A stretch of 64,000 nt of DNA from an uncultured Acidobacteriota bacterium (lineage in GTDB: Bacteria; Acidobacteriota; Thermoanaerobaculia; UBA5066; Gp7-AA6). The DNA lies in the NCBI GenBank assembly GCA_963749265.1, contig CAVVML010000030.1:328-64327 (forward strand). Direction: 5' to 3'. The position numbers and the translations under genes are program-made. This document shows, one piece after another, positions 19,994 through 28,024 of this stretch (position 1 is its first letter; every line of letters begins with the position of its first letter). The notes under the pieces are model-generated. The model worked only from the letters and a program-made list of their open reading frames with translations. It was not told where the DNA came from and ran no database searches.

Positions 19994-20876
19994 ATGCGCG
20001 CCAGCGTCGTCATCCCCTGCCGGAACGCCGCCAACACCGTGCGGGACGCGGTCGCGTCGGCGTTTTCGCAATCGGAGCCGCCCGCGGAAGTCGTCGTCGT
20101 GGACGACGCCTCGACCGACCTCTCGGCCGACGCGGCGCGCGAGGCCGGCGCCCGCGTGATCCGCAATGCCGCGCGCCGCAACGCCGGCGGCGCCCGGAAC
20201 GTCGGCATGGAGGCGACCCGCGGCGAGCTCGTCGGCTTCCTCGACGCCGACGCCGTCGCGCCGAAAGACTGGCTCGCCCGGGCGCGCAATGCGTTCGAGA
20301 GGGATCCCTCGATCGTGGGCGTCGGAGGCCGCATCGTCAACGGGCGGCCGGGCCGCTACGGAGAGCTCGACTACTACCTGAATCACTCGGAGTGGATCGC
20401 CGCGGGAAGACCCGGCGCGAAGGCCAACATCCCGACGATGGCGATCGTCTACCGCCGCGAGGCCATCGGCCCGGTCCGCTTCCCCGAGACGAACACCGGC
20501 GAGGACACGGTCTTCGCGCTCGCCGTCACCGCGCGCGGCGGGCGGCTCTGGTACGACCCCGAGATCGCCGTGGTCCACCGCCACGAGCGGCTCGACCCGC
20601 GCGCCTTCTGGGAGAAGCAGGTCGCCTGCGGCCGGACGATCTACGAGACGCGCCGCGACTACGACCGGCCCGGCAAGGCGCTCGTCCGTTTCCCGGCGCT
20701 CCTCTATCTCTTTCCGCATCTCTGGATCACGCTCGGCCGGATGCTGCGCGCCGGGCACGTGGGCAAGGCCGTGACGCTGTTCCCCTGGCTCTTGACGGGC
20801 GAAGTCGCCCGAATCCAGGGCTTCCACCACGCGCGCCGCGCAGACCTGCTCCGGAACGGAGGCGCGGGCCGCATGA
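19994..20876 (+). CDS. GT2 family glycosyltransferase
   Basis: VVIPCRN, VDDASTD, ARNVG, FLDAD and GED; 3' boundary uncertain because it runs in frame into the next gene. Confidence 0.85.
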
Positions 20877-21974
20877 ACAAGCTCTCCCAGGGCCTCGCCC
20901 TCGCCCGCGACTGGATCGCGCCGGGAGAGGCGATCGCGCAGTGGACGCACTTCGTGACGTCCGTCTGCAATGCCCGCTGCGCTCACTGCTTCTACCCGAT
21001 CAACGCCGGCAAGAACGAGCTCACCCTCGAGGAGATGGACCGCTTCGCGGCGACACTCCCGCCGATCCGGCTCGCTGCTGATCTCCGGAGGCGAGCCGTT
21101 TCTGCGGCGCGACCTGCCGGAGCTCATGAGGATCTATTTCGAGCGCTGCCGGTTCTTCTCCGCCTCGATCCCGACCAACGGCTTCTCGCCGGAAGAGATC
21201 GCGCTCGCGGCCGAGAAGATCTGCGGTATCTCACCCGATCTTTCGCTGGGCGTGACCGTTTCGATCGACGGCTTCCGCGAGTTCCACGATCGCGTGCGCG
21301 CGGTGCCGGGGCTCTACAACCGGGCGCTCGCGACGCTCGAGGCTCTGCTCTCCGTGGCGCGGCGCACGCCGAACCTCACGGCCGGCGTGACGACCGTTTT
21401 CATGCGCGACAATCAGGTCGAGATCGAGGACTTTCTGGAATTCGTCTACGCCAGGTACCGTCCGAACCACCACTCCCTCGGGTTCGTCCGCGGAGAGGCC
21501 TACGACCCGGGCGTGAAGGAGGGCCTCGACGTCGATCTCTACCTCCGCCTGTCGAAGAAGATCGACCTCCGCTATCCTCCGGACGAGGCCCGGGGCGGCT
21601 GGAAGGGCGCGCGGACCCGGGCGCGGCGGGAGATCAACCGCCGGCGCTTCGAGTACATCGGCCGCCAGGCGAAAGGCGGGCCGTTCGAGGGTTTCTGCCT
21701 CGCCGGCGAAAGGGAGTACGTCCTGACCGAAGACGGCAACGTGCATGGCTGCGAGCTCATCTCGGACGTTCTCGGCAACGTCCGCGGGTCGGGCTACGAC
21801 TGGTCGAAGATCCGCGAATCCGAGGCCACACGGGCGTTCGTGGACTCCAAGCACGCCCGGCTCTGCCGTTGCACGCACGAGTGCAACGCCCGGACGATGA
21901 TCCTCTTCGACAAGAAAAACGCCTTGCCCGTCGTCGCCGCGATGGCGGGGCTCGAAGCGAGGCGGCCCTCTTGA
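20873..21974 (+). CDS. Radical SAM protein with SPASM/twitch-like Cys-rich C-terminus; frameshift near 21075
   Basis: CNARCAHC, ISGGEPFLR and CLAG...GCE...CRCTHEC. Confidence 0.85.
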
Positions 21975-22924
21975 GCAAGGGAAAGAACGGGCTCCGCCTC
22001 CGCTCGCTCAAATACATGCTGGAGCTGACCTCCCGCTGCAACCTGCGTTGCGGGATGTGTCCCATGGACGTCCTCACCCGCCCCTTCGAAGACGCGCCGT
22101 TCTCCATGGTCGAGGACGTCGCCCGGCAGATGCGCGAGCTCGATCTTCCGATGAAGTACCTCCACGAGATGGGCGAGCCCTTCCTCTACAAGAGGCTCTG
22201 CGAGGCGATCGACCTCTTCCCCGGGGTCTGCGTCTCGACGAACGGGACGCTGCTGTCCGAGCAGTGGGCGAAAGACATCCTCGCGAGCTCGCTCTCGAAG
22301 CTCCGCATCTGCATCGACACGCTCAAGCCCGAGGTCTACCCGATCGTCCGCAAGGGCGGGAAATTCGACGCCGTCGTCGAGAACATCCGGCGGTTTCTCG
22401 AGATGTCGAAGGGGAAGAAGATCGTCGTCGAGATCCAGCGCATGATCACGACCCAGACCCACGACGAGTCGGTCAAGTCGTTCCGGGAATTCTTCCACCT
22501 CGACCGCTACCCGCAGGCCACGATCATCCAGAAGACCTGCGAGGGCCTGGACACCTCCGAGGTCACCGAGCTTCACCAGGCGTACTACGGCTGCTTCCAG
22601 GGCACGCCGTATCAGTGGTTCGTCATCCTCTGCAACGGCGACGTCACGCACTGCTGCTACGACTACGACGGCACGCAGAAGCTCGGCAACGTCCGCGAGA
22701 AGTCGATCGCCGAGATCGCCAACTCGCCCTTCCTCGCGACGATCGAGGAGGGCTTCCGGACACACGACTTTTCGCAGCTCCCCCGCTGCGCCGAATGCTT
22801 CAAGAACCCCGCGGCCAAGCCCCCGCTGACGGACCGCCTCTGGCGCTACGCGCAGGCCTTCCCGTGGAAGGATCCGTTCCGGAGGTTCCTGAACATTCCG
22901 GGCGTCCCGGGCGGAGAGAACTGA
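21971..22924 (+). CDS. Radical SAM/SPASM (twitch) domain protein
   Basis: TTG start overlapping the previous stop; CNLRCGMC, GEPFL and GDVTHCCYD...LGNV...CAEC. Confidence 0.85.
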   Translation: MSKGKNGLRLRSLKYMLELTSRCNLRCGMCPMDVLTRPFEDAPFSMVEDVARQMRELDLPMKYLHEMGEPFLYKRLCEAIDLFPGVCVSTNGTLLSEQWAKDILASSLSKLRICIDTLKPEVYPIVRKGGKFDAVVENIRRFLEMSKGKKIVVEIQRMITTQTHDESVKSFREFFHLDRYPQATIIQKTCEGLDTSEVTELHQAYYGCFQGTPYQWFVILCNGDVTHCCYDYDGTQKLGNVREKSIAEIANSPFLATIEEGFRTHDFSQLPRCAECFKNPAAKPPLTDRLWRYAQAFPWKDPFRRFLNIPGVPGGEN

Positions 22925-22940
22925 TCAGGGCTCAACCCTC

Positions 22941-22963
22941 GTAGGGGCGGAGTGGGCCGCCCC
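22941..22963. repeat. GTAG-led REP-like hairpin between convergent genes
   Basis: GTA GGGGCGG AGTGGG CCGCCCC; single copy in window. Confidence 0.4.
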
Positions 22964-22983
22964 GGGGACCAGGGCCCTGTCGG

Positions 22984-25569
22984 TTACTTGGAGGCGGACT
23001 TCCGCACTCGGGGCTTCGCGGCCTTCTTGGCCGCGGCCGCCACGACCACGGGATCCGGCAGATCGGGCGGCGCTTCGGGCGTGTACTCGACGATCGGCGG
23101 CAGCTCGCCCGCGGGCTTCTCGAATCCGCAGCCGGCCTTGTCGCACGCGAAGACGTTGCCGGACTTGCGCTCGCGGAAGAGCAGGTACTCGTTGCCGCAC
23201 TGCGGGCACTTCTCGGGGATCGGCCGGACCGAGAGCGAGAAGTCGCAGTTGGGATAGTTCAGGCATCCATAGAACGGACGGAAGCGGCCGCGGCGCTCGG
23301 CGATGATCCCGCCGTCCTTGGGGCACTTCACTCCGGTGTCCTTGATGGGCTTGGGCGGTTTGAACTTGCAGGCCGGATAGTTGGAGCAGGACACGTACGC
23401 GCCATACCGGCCGTGTCGGCGCACGAGGCCGTGGCCGCAGCGCGGGCAGATCTGGCCGGTCGGCTCGTCGGGTCGCGCCTCGGCCTTGCCTCCCGCCACC
23501 GCGATGTTCACGACGTTGCGGCACTTGGGGTAAGCCGTGCACCCCAGGAAGGTCGAGCCCGTCCGGCTCTGCCGCACCTTCATCGGCTCGCCGCACTCGT
23601 CGCACGTCGTCTTCTCGATCTCCGACATGTCGACGGCGTCTTCCTCGGGATCGGGGATGTCCTGTGTGAACGTGCAGGTCGGGTAACCGCTGCACGCGAT
23701 GAAGAGGCCGTTCTTGCCCATGCGGAGCTTCAGCTTCTTGCCGCAGTTCGGGCACTTCTCGTCGATCTCGGGGACGACGGAGAGCTTGAGCTTCCTCGCC
23801 TGCGCCAGCGGTATGCCGGCCTTGCCCGAGTGCATGCCTTCGAGCGCCCGATTGCGGTCGCGCGTGAACGTCTTGTCGAAGTCGGAGAGGGCCTTCGTCC
23901 AGGAGAGCTTGCCCTCCTCGACGTCGTCGAGGGCCTCCTCCATGCGCGCCGTGTAGGCCGTCTCGAAGAAGTCGTCGAAGTACGGGATCAGGAGCTCGAT
24001 GACGGTCCGCCCGAGGGCCGTGGGAATGAACCGCCGGTCCTTGCGGTGGACGTAGCGGCGTTCCTCGATCTTCCGCAGGATCTCGGCATAGGTCGAGGGC
24101 CGGCCGATGCCGTTTTCCTCGAGGAACTTCACGAGGGAGGCCTCATTGAAGCGCGGCGGAGGCTGGGTGGCCTTCCCCTCCGGCAGAAGCTCGACGAGCG
24201 TGAGCGGCTCCCCCTGCGTGAGCGGCGGCAGCTTCGGCGAGTCCTTGTCCGCGCCTTCGTCTTCTTCGTCGGCAGAGACCCCGTACGCCGCGAGGTACCC
24301 GGCGAACTTGAGCGTGGAGCCCGAGGCGCGGTACACGGCGCGGCCGGCCGTGATCTCGGCGGACGTCGTGTCGTAGACCGCCGGCGACATCTGCGAGGCG
24401 ACGAAGCGCTCCCAGATGATCCGGTAGAGCCGGGCCTCGTCGGGCGCGACGTACTTGGCCACCTCGTCGGGCGGCAGGTCCAGGTATGTCGGCCGGATCG
24501 CCTCGTGCGCGTCCTGCGTGTCGCGGCGGCTCTTGAAGTAACGCGCCGACTCGGGCATGGACGTCGGTCCGTACTGCGCCGCGATGTGCTCGCGCACCTC
24601 CTTCAGCGCGTCGTCGGAGACGCGCGTGGAGTCGGTGCGCATGTACGTGATCAATCCGACCGTGCCGCGCCCCGGGATCTCGCGGCCCTCATAGAGCCTC
24701 TGCGCGATCTGCATCGTGCGCCGCACCGCAAAACCGAGCCTTCGGGCGGCCGCCTGCTGGAGCTGCGAGGTGATGAACGGCGGCGCCGGGTTCTTGCGCC
24801 GCTCGGAGGTCTCGACCGAAGAGACGGTCCAGACCGCCTTCGAGACGTCGTCGGCGACCCGCTTGGCTGAGTCCTCGTCGGGGAGACGGGGATCTGTTCC
24901 GTCGAACTTGAGCTTCTCGCCGTCGAAGGAGGCGAGGCGCGCCGTGAACTCGGGCGGGACCTTGCCCGAAAGCTTCGCGTCGACCGACCAGTACTCGACC
25001 GGGACGAACGCTTCGATCTCGCTCTCGCGCTCGCAGATGATCCGGAGGGCGACGGTCTGGACCCGGCCGGCGGAGAGACCCCGCCAGACCTTCTTCCAGA
25101 GCAGGTCCGAGACCTCGTATCCGACGAGGCGATCGATGATGCGCCGGGCCTGCTGGGCGTCGACGCGCCGCGCGTCGATCTCGCCGGCGTTCTCCATGGC
25201 CGCGAGCACGGCCTTCTTGGTGATCTCGTTGAACCGCACCCGACGGAACGTCGTGGTCTTGCCGGCTCCGGGCTTCAGCGTCTCGCGCAGGTGCCAGGAG
25301 ATCGCTTCGCCCTCGCGGTCGGGGTCGGCCGCGAGATAGACCGCGTCGGCGGTCTTGGCGGCGCGCTTGAGCTCGTTGATCGTCTTCTCTTTTCCGGCGA
25401 GCACCTCGTAGGTCGGCTCGTAGGAGTGCTCGCGATCGACACCCAGGCCCTTGCGCGGCAGATCCCGCACGTGGCCGTACGAGGCCATGACCTTGAAACC
25501 CTTGCCGAGGAACTTCTCGAGGGTCTTGGCCTTCGCGGGGGACTCGACGATGACGATGGACTTGGCCAT
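22984..25569 (-). CDS. topA: DNA topoisomerase I with C-terminal zinc ribbons
   Basis: IVESPAKAKT, DPDREGEAI, SAGRVQ, ITYMRTDS and repeated C4 ribbons. Confidence 0.98.
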   Translation of the reverse strand: MAKSIVIVESPAKAKTLEKFLGKGFKVMASYGHVRDLPRKGLGVDREHSYEPTYEVLAGKEKTINELKRAAKTADAVYLAADPDREGEAISWHLRETLKPGAGKTTTFRRVRFNEITKKAVLAAMENAGEIDARRVDAQQARRIIDRLVGYEVSDLLWKKVWRGLSAGRVQTVALRIICERESEIEAFVPVEYWSVDAKLSGKVPPEFTARLASFDGEKLKFDGTDPRLPDEDSAKRVADDVSKAVWTVSSVETSERRKNPAPPFITSQLQQAAARRLGFAVRRTMQIAQRLYEGREIPGRGTVGLITYMRTDSTRVSDDALKEVREHIAAQYGPTSMPESARYFKSRRDTQDAHEAIRPTYLDLPPDEVAKYVAPDEARLYRIIWERFVASQMSPAVYDTTSAEITAGRAVYRASGSTLKFAGYLAAYGVSADEEDEGADKDSPKLPPLTQGEPLTLVELLPEGKATQPPPRFNEASLVKFLEENGIGRPSTYAEILRKIEERRYVHRKDRRFIPTALGRTVIELLIPYFDDFFETAYTARMEEALDDVEEGKLSWTKALSDFDKTFTRDRNRALEGMHSGKAGIPLAQARKLKLSVVPEIDEKCPNCGKKLKLRMGKNGLFIACSGYPTCTFTQDIPDPEEDAVDMSEIEKTTCDECGEPMKVRQSRTGSTFLGCTAYPKCRNVVNIAVAGGKAEARPDEPTGQICPRCGHGLVRRHGRYGAYVSCSNYPACKFKPPKPIKDTGVKCPKDGGIIAERRGRFRPFYGCLNYPNCDFSLSVRPIPEKCPQCGNEYLLFRERKSGNVFACDKAGCGFEKPAGELPPIVEYTPEAPPDLPDPVVVAAAAKKAAKPRVRKSASK

Positions 25570-25660
25570 ACGGGGCGGGGAACCTCTCACAACGGTGGAG
25601 AAAGAGCAAACCGAGGGTCGTTCATGTCCCGAAACAAATCTCTATTCCAGAGGGAAAGAA

Positions 25661-25736
25661 GTTGAGCGTTAAGAGTTGAGAGTTAAGGGTTAACGCCACG
25701 CTCAACACTCAACTCTCGACACTCAACTTCAACTCA
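25661..25736. repeat. Palindromic heptamer tandem-repeat element (GTTRAGN)n...(CTCRACN)n
   Basis: GTTGAGC GTTAAGA GTTGAGA GTTAAGG GTTAACG ... CTCAACA CTCAACT CTCGACA CTCAACT. Confidence 0.9.
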
Positions 25737-26840
25737 ATGTCTCCGCACCCCATACCTCCCATCCTGCGAAAGCGCGAGTCCGGCCGCTTCCAGCTCGAAG
25801 AGCCCGGCGAGGACCGTCGCGGCGGGCAGCTCGAGCGCCTGCGCGAGCTCCTCCGCGGAAAGCGATTCGTCCCGGGACAGCGCTTCGAGCATACGCCTCG
25901 CCTCCTCCGAAAGCTCCGTGAAGGGGACCGGGGCGGCGACGCGCTGAGGCTGCGGGGTGCCGACCGCCGGAAAGAGCTCTGCGAGCACGTCCTCGGCGCC
26001 GCGGCAGAGGATCGCGCCGTCCTTCAGAAGCGCGTGCGTGCCGGCGGAGGTCTCCGAGAAGACCGAGCCCGGAACGGCGAACACGTCCCGCCCGAAATCG
26101 GCGGCGAGTCGCGCGGTGATGAGGGAGCCCGAGCGGCGTGACGCTTCCACCACGACGACTCCGGCCGAAATTCCGGCGATGACGCGATTGCGGATCGGAA
26201 AGTTCTGCGGCCGCGGCTCGGTGCCCGGAGGGTACTCGGAGAGCAGAAGGTGTTCCGAAGCGAGGCGCTCCTTCAGCCGTCCGTGCTCGCGCGGATACTC
26301 CACGTCGATGCCGCACCCGAGGACCGCGATCGTTCCTCCGGGGCCCTCGAGCGCGGCCTCGTGCGCCGCGGCGTCCACGCCGCGCGCGAAGCCGGAAGCC
26401 ACCGCCACGCCCGCGGCCGAGAGCTCCAGCGCCAGCTTCCAGGCGACGTCCCGGCCGTAGCGCGAGGCGTCCCGCGAGCCCACGATCGCGACGACCGGAA
26501 GGCGCAGCCGCTCGAGCCGCCCCAGCGCAAACAGAAGAAACGGCGGGTCGGCGATCTCCCGCAGGGCCTCGGGGTACTCGGGTTCGAAGGCGGTCACAAG
26601 GCGCAGGCCCGTCTGCTCGATCCGGGCCGCCCAGCGCTCGGCCTCGGAGTCGTCGCCGGCCCGGAGCACGGCCCGCGCCCGGTCCCGAGAGCCCAAAAAC
26701 GCGGACAAGTCCTCCTCTTCGGAGGACAGAAGCCCCTCCACGCCTCCGCGCGCGCGGATCAGGGGCCAGAGTTTTTGCGGGGTCACGCTGCCACGCGCCC
26801 ACGACAACGCGGCGCGACGATCCAGGGAATGCGGGCTCAC
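25734..26840 (-). CDS. dprA: DNA-processing protein DprA (Smf)
   Basis: AIVGSR, SGFARGVD, FPIRNRVIAG and SGSLITA; upstream of topA. Confidence 0.95.
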   Translation of the reverse strand: MSPHSLDRRAALSWARGSVTPQKLWPLIRARGGVEGLLSSEEEDLSAFLGSRDRARAVLRAGDDSEAERWAARIEQTGLRLVTAFEPEYPEALREIADPPFLLFALGRLERLRLPVVAIVGSRDASRYGRDVAWKLALELSAAGVAVASGFARGVDAAAHEAALEGPGGTIAVLGCGIDVEYPREHGRLKERLASEHLLLSEYPPGTEPRPQNFPIRNRVIAGISAGVVVVEASRRSGSLITARLAADFGRDVFAVPGSVFSETSAGTHALLKDGAILCRGAEDVLAELFPAVGTPQPQRVAAPVPFTELSEEARRMLEALSRDESLSAEELAQALELPAATVLAGLFELEAAGLALSQDGRYGVRRH

Positions 26841-26942
26841 GGATTTAAGTAATCATTCATCGAGCAAGAGGCGACAATTCTCCGATCCTCCGTCGACCCC
26901 AAACCTATAATAGCCACCCCGACGCGGGAGGCGGGTGACAGC

Positions 26943-27314
26943 TTGAGGAAAAGCGGCGCGTGGATCCTCACCCTACTTCTTGTCGCGAGCGCGTGCACGT
27001 CGTACTCCCACACGGACCTCCCCTCGACGCAGCTCGCCTTCGGCACCGACGTCGCGAAGGAAGGCCACTGGCGGGAAGCGGCCTTCCGGTTCGAGCAGGC
27101 GATCGCGAAGGACCCCTCGAACGCCCGCGCCCACAACAACCTCGCCGTCGCGATGGAAGCCAACGGCGATTTCGCGCGCGCGCTCGTCGAGTACAAGAAG
27201 GCGCTCGAGCTCGAGCCCAACAACGAGTACATCCGGCGCAACTACGCGCGATTCGCCGAGTTCTACACCTCCTACACGAAGACCACCGGAAAGGCCGCCA
27301 GTGCGACGCCGTAA
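26943..27314 (+). CDS. TPR-containing lipoprotein
   Basis: Lipobox ASAC; AHNNLAVA...YKKALELEP TPR pattern. Confidence 0.85.
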   Translation: MRKSGAWILTLLLVASACTSYSHTDLPSTQLAFGTDVAKEGHWREAAFRFEQAIAKDPSNARAHNNLAVAMEANGDFARALVEYKKALELEPNNEYIRRNYARFAEFYTSYTKTTGKAASATP

Positions 27315-28008
27315 GCTCGCGGCGGCCGCCGCGGCCCTGCTCCTCTTGCTCGGACCGATGCCGGCCTTCGCCGGCGTCGACCAGGTGCGGCTGCGGCTGC
27401 CGCTGAAGGCGAAGCTGCCGCTGCGCGGCAACGAGCGGATCGCGCTCGCCCCCATGATCATCGTGACCGACGCCGAGAAGGGACGCGACAAGCGCCTCGC
27501 CAACGTCGACCTCCAGGCCGAGTTCCAGCGCTTCCTGAAAAAGCAGCTCGAGAAGCGGACACGTTTCGAGATCATCCAGACGCCGCCGGACGTGAAGCTG
27601 CCGACGCAGGTCCTCACCGAGCTCGCGAAGGCGCAGGAGTTCTGGGCCTCGGTCGGCACCCAGACCGGCGCCGAGATCGTGGTCTCGGGAAGCCTCGAGT
27701 TCAAGGTCGAGGACCGCTCCGGCTACAAGACCGAGGAGTACACCTCGCCGATCGACGGCCGGACGTACTACCGCCAGGTCTACGTCGAGCAGACGGGCTT
27801 CCTCTTCGACATCGTGCTGCTCGTCCTCGACGGCCACACCGGAGAGAAGCTCCTCCAGGATCAGTTCAAGGACTTCCGCCAGACCGGCAGCCGCCGTGCC
27901 GACGAGCTTCAGGGACTCTTCGAAAACCTCTTTTCGCTGGAGAGCCAGATCCTGAACACGTTCGTGGCCCGTGATCGCGAGGCCGAACGCTACATCTTCA
28001 CCAACTGA
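27301..28008 (+). CDS. Exported hypothetical protein, possibly CsgG/TolB-N-like alpha/beta fold
   Basis: GTG start, signal peptide, GC3-rich codons and VGTQTGAEIVVSGSL pattern. Confidence 0.7.
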   Translation: MRRRKLAAAAAALLLLLGPMPAFAGVDQVRLRLPLKAKLPLRGNERIALAPMIIVTDAEKGRDKRLANVDLQAEFQRFLKKQLEKRTRFEIIQTPPDVKLPTQVLTELAKAQEFWASVGTQTGAEIVVSGSLEFKVEDRSGYKTEEYTSPIDGRTYYRQVYVEQTGFLFDIVLLVLDGHTGEKLLQDQFKDFRQTGSRRADELQGLFENLFSLESQILNTFVARDREAERYIFTN

Positions 28009-28024
28009 TCCTCCGAGGACATCA

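Noticed and set aside
19994-22924. 976-aa GT2 plus double radical SAM polyprotein in the ORF track
   Set aside because: The middle of the ORF is off-frame sequence caused by an indel near 21075; ATGA and TTGA overlaps indicate separate genes.
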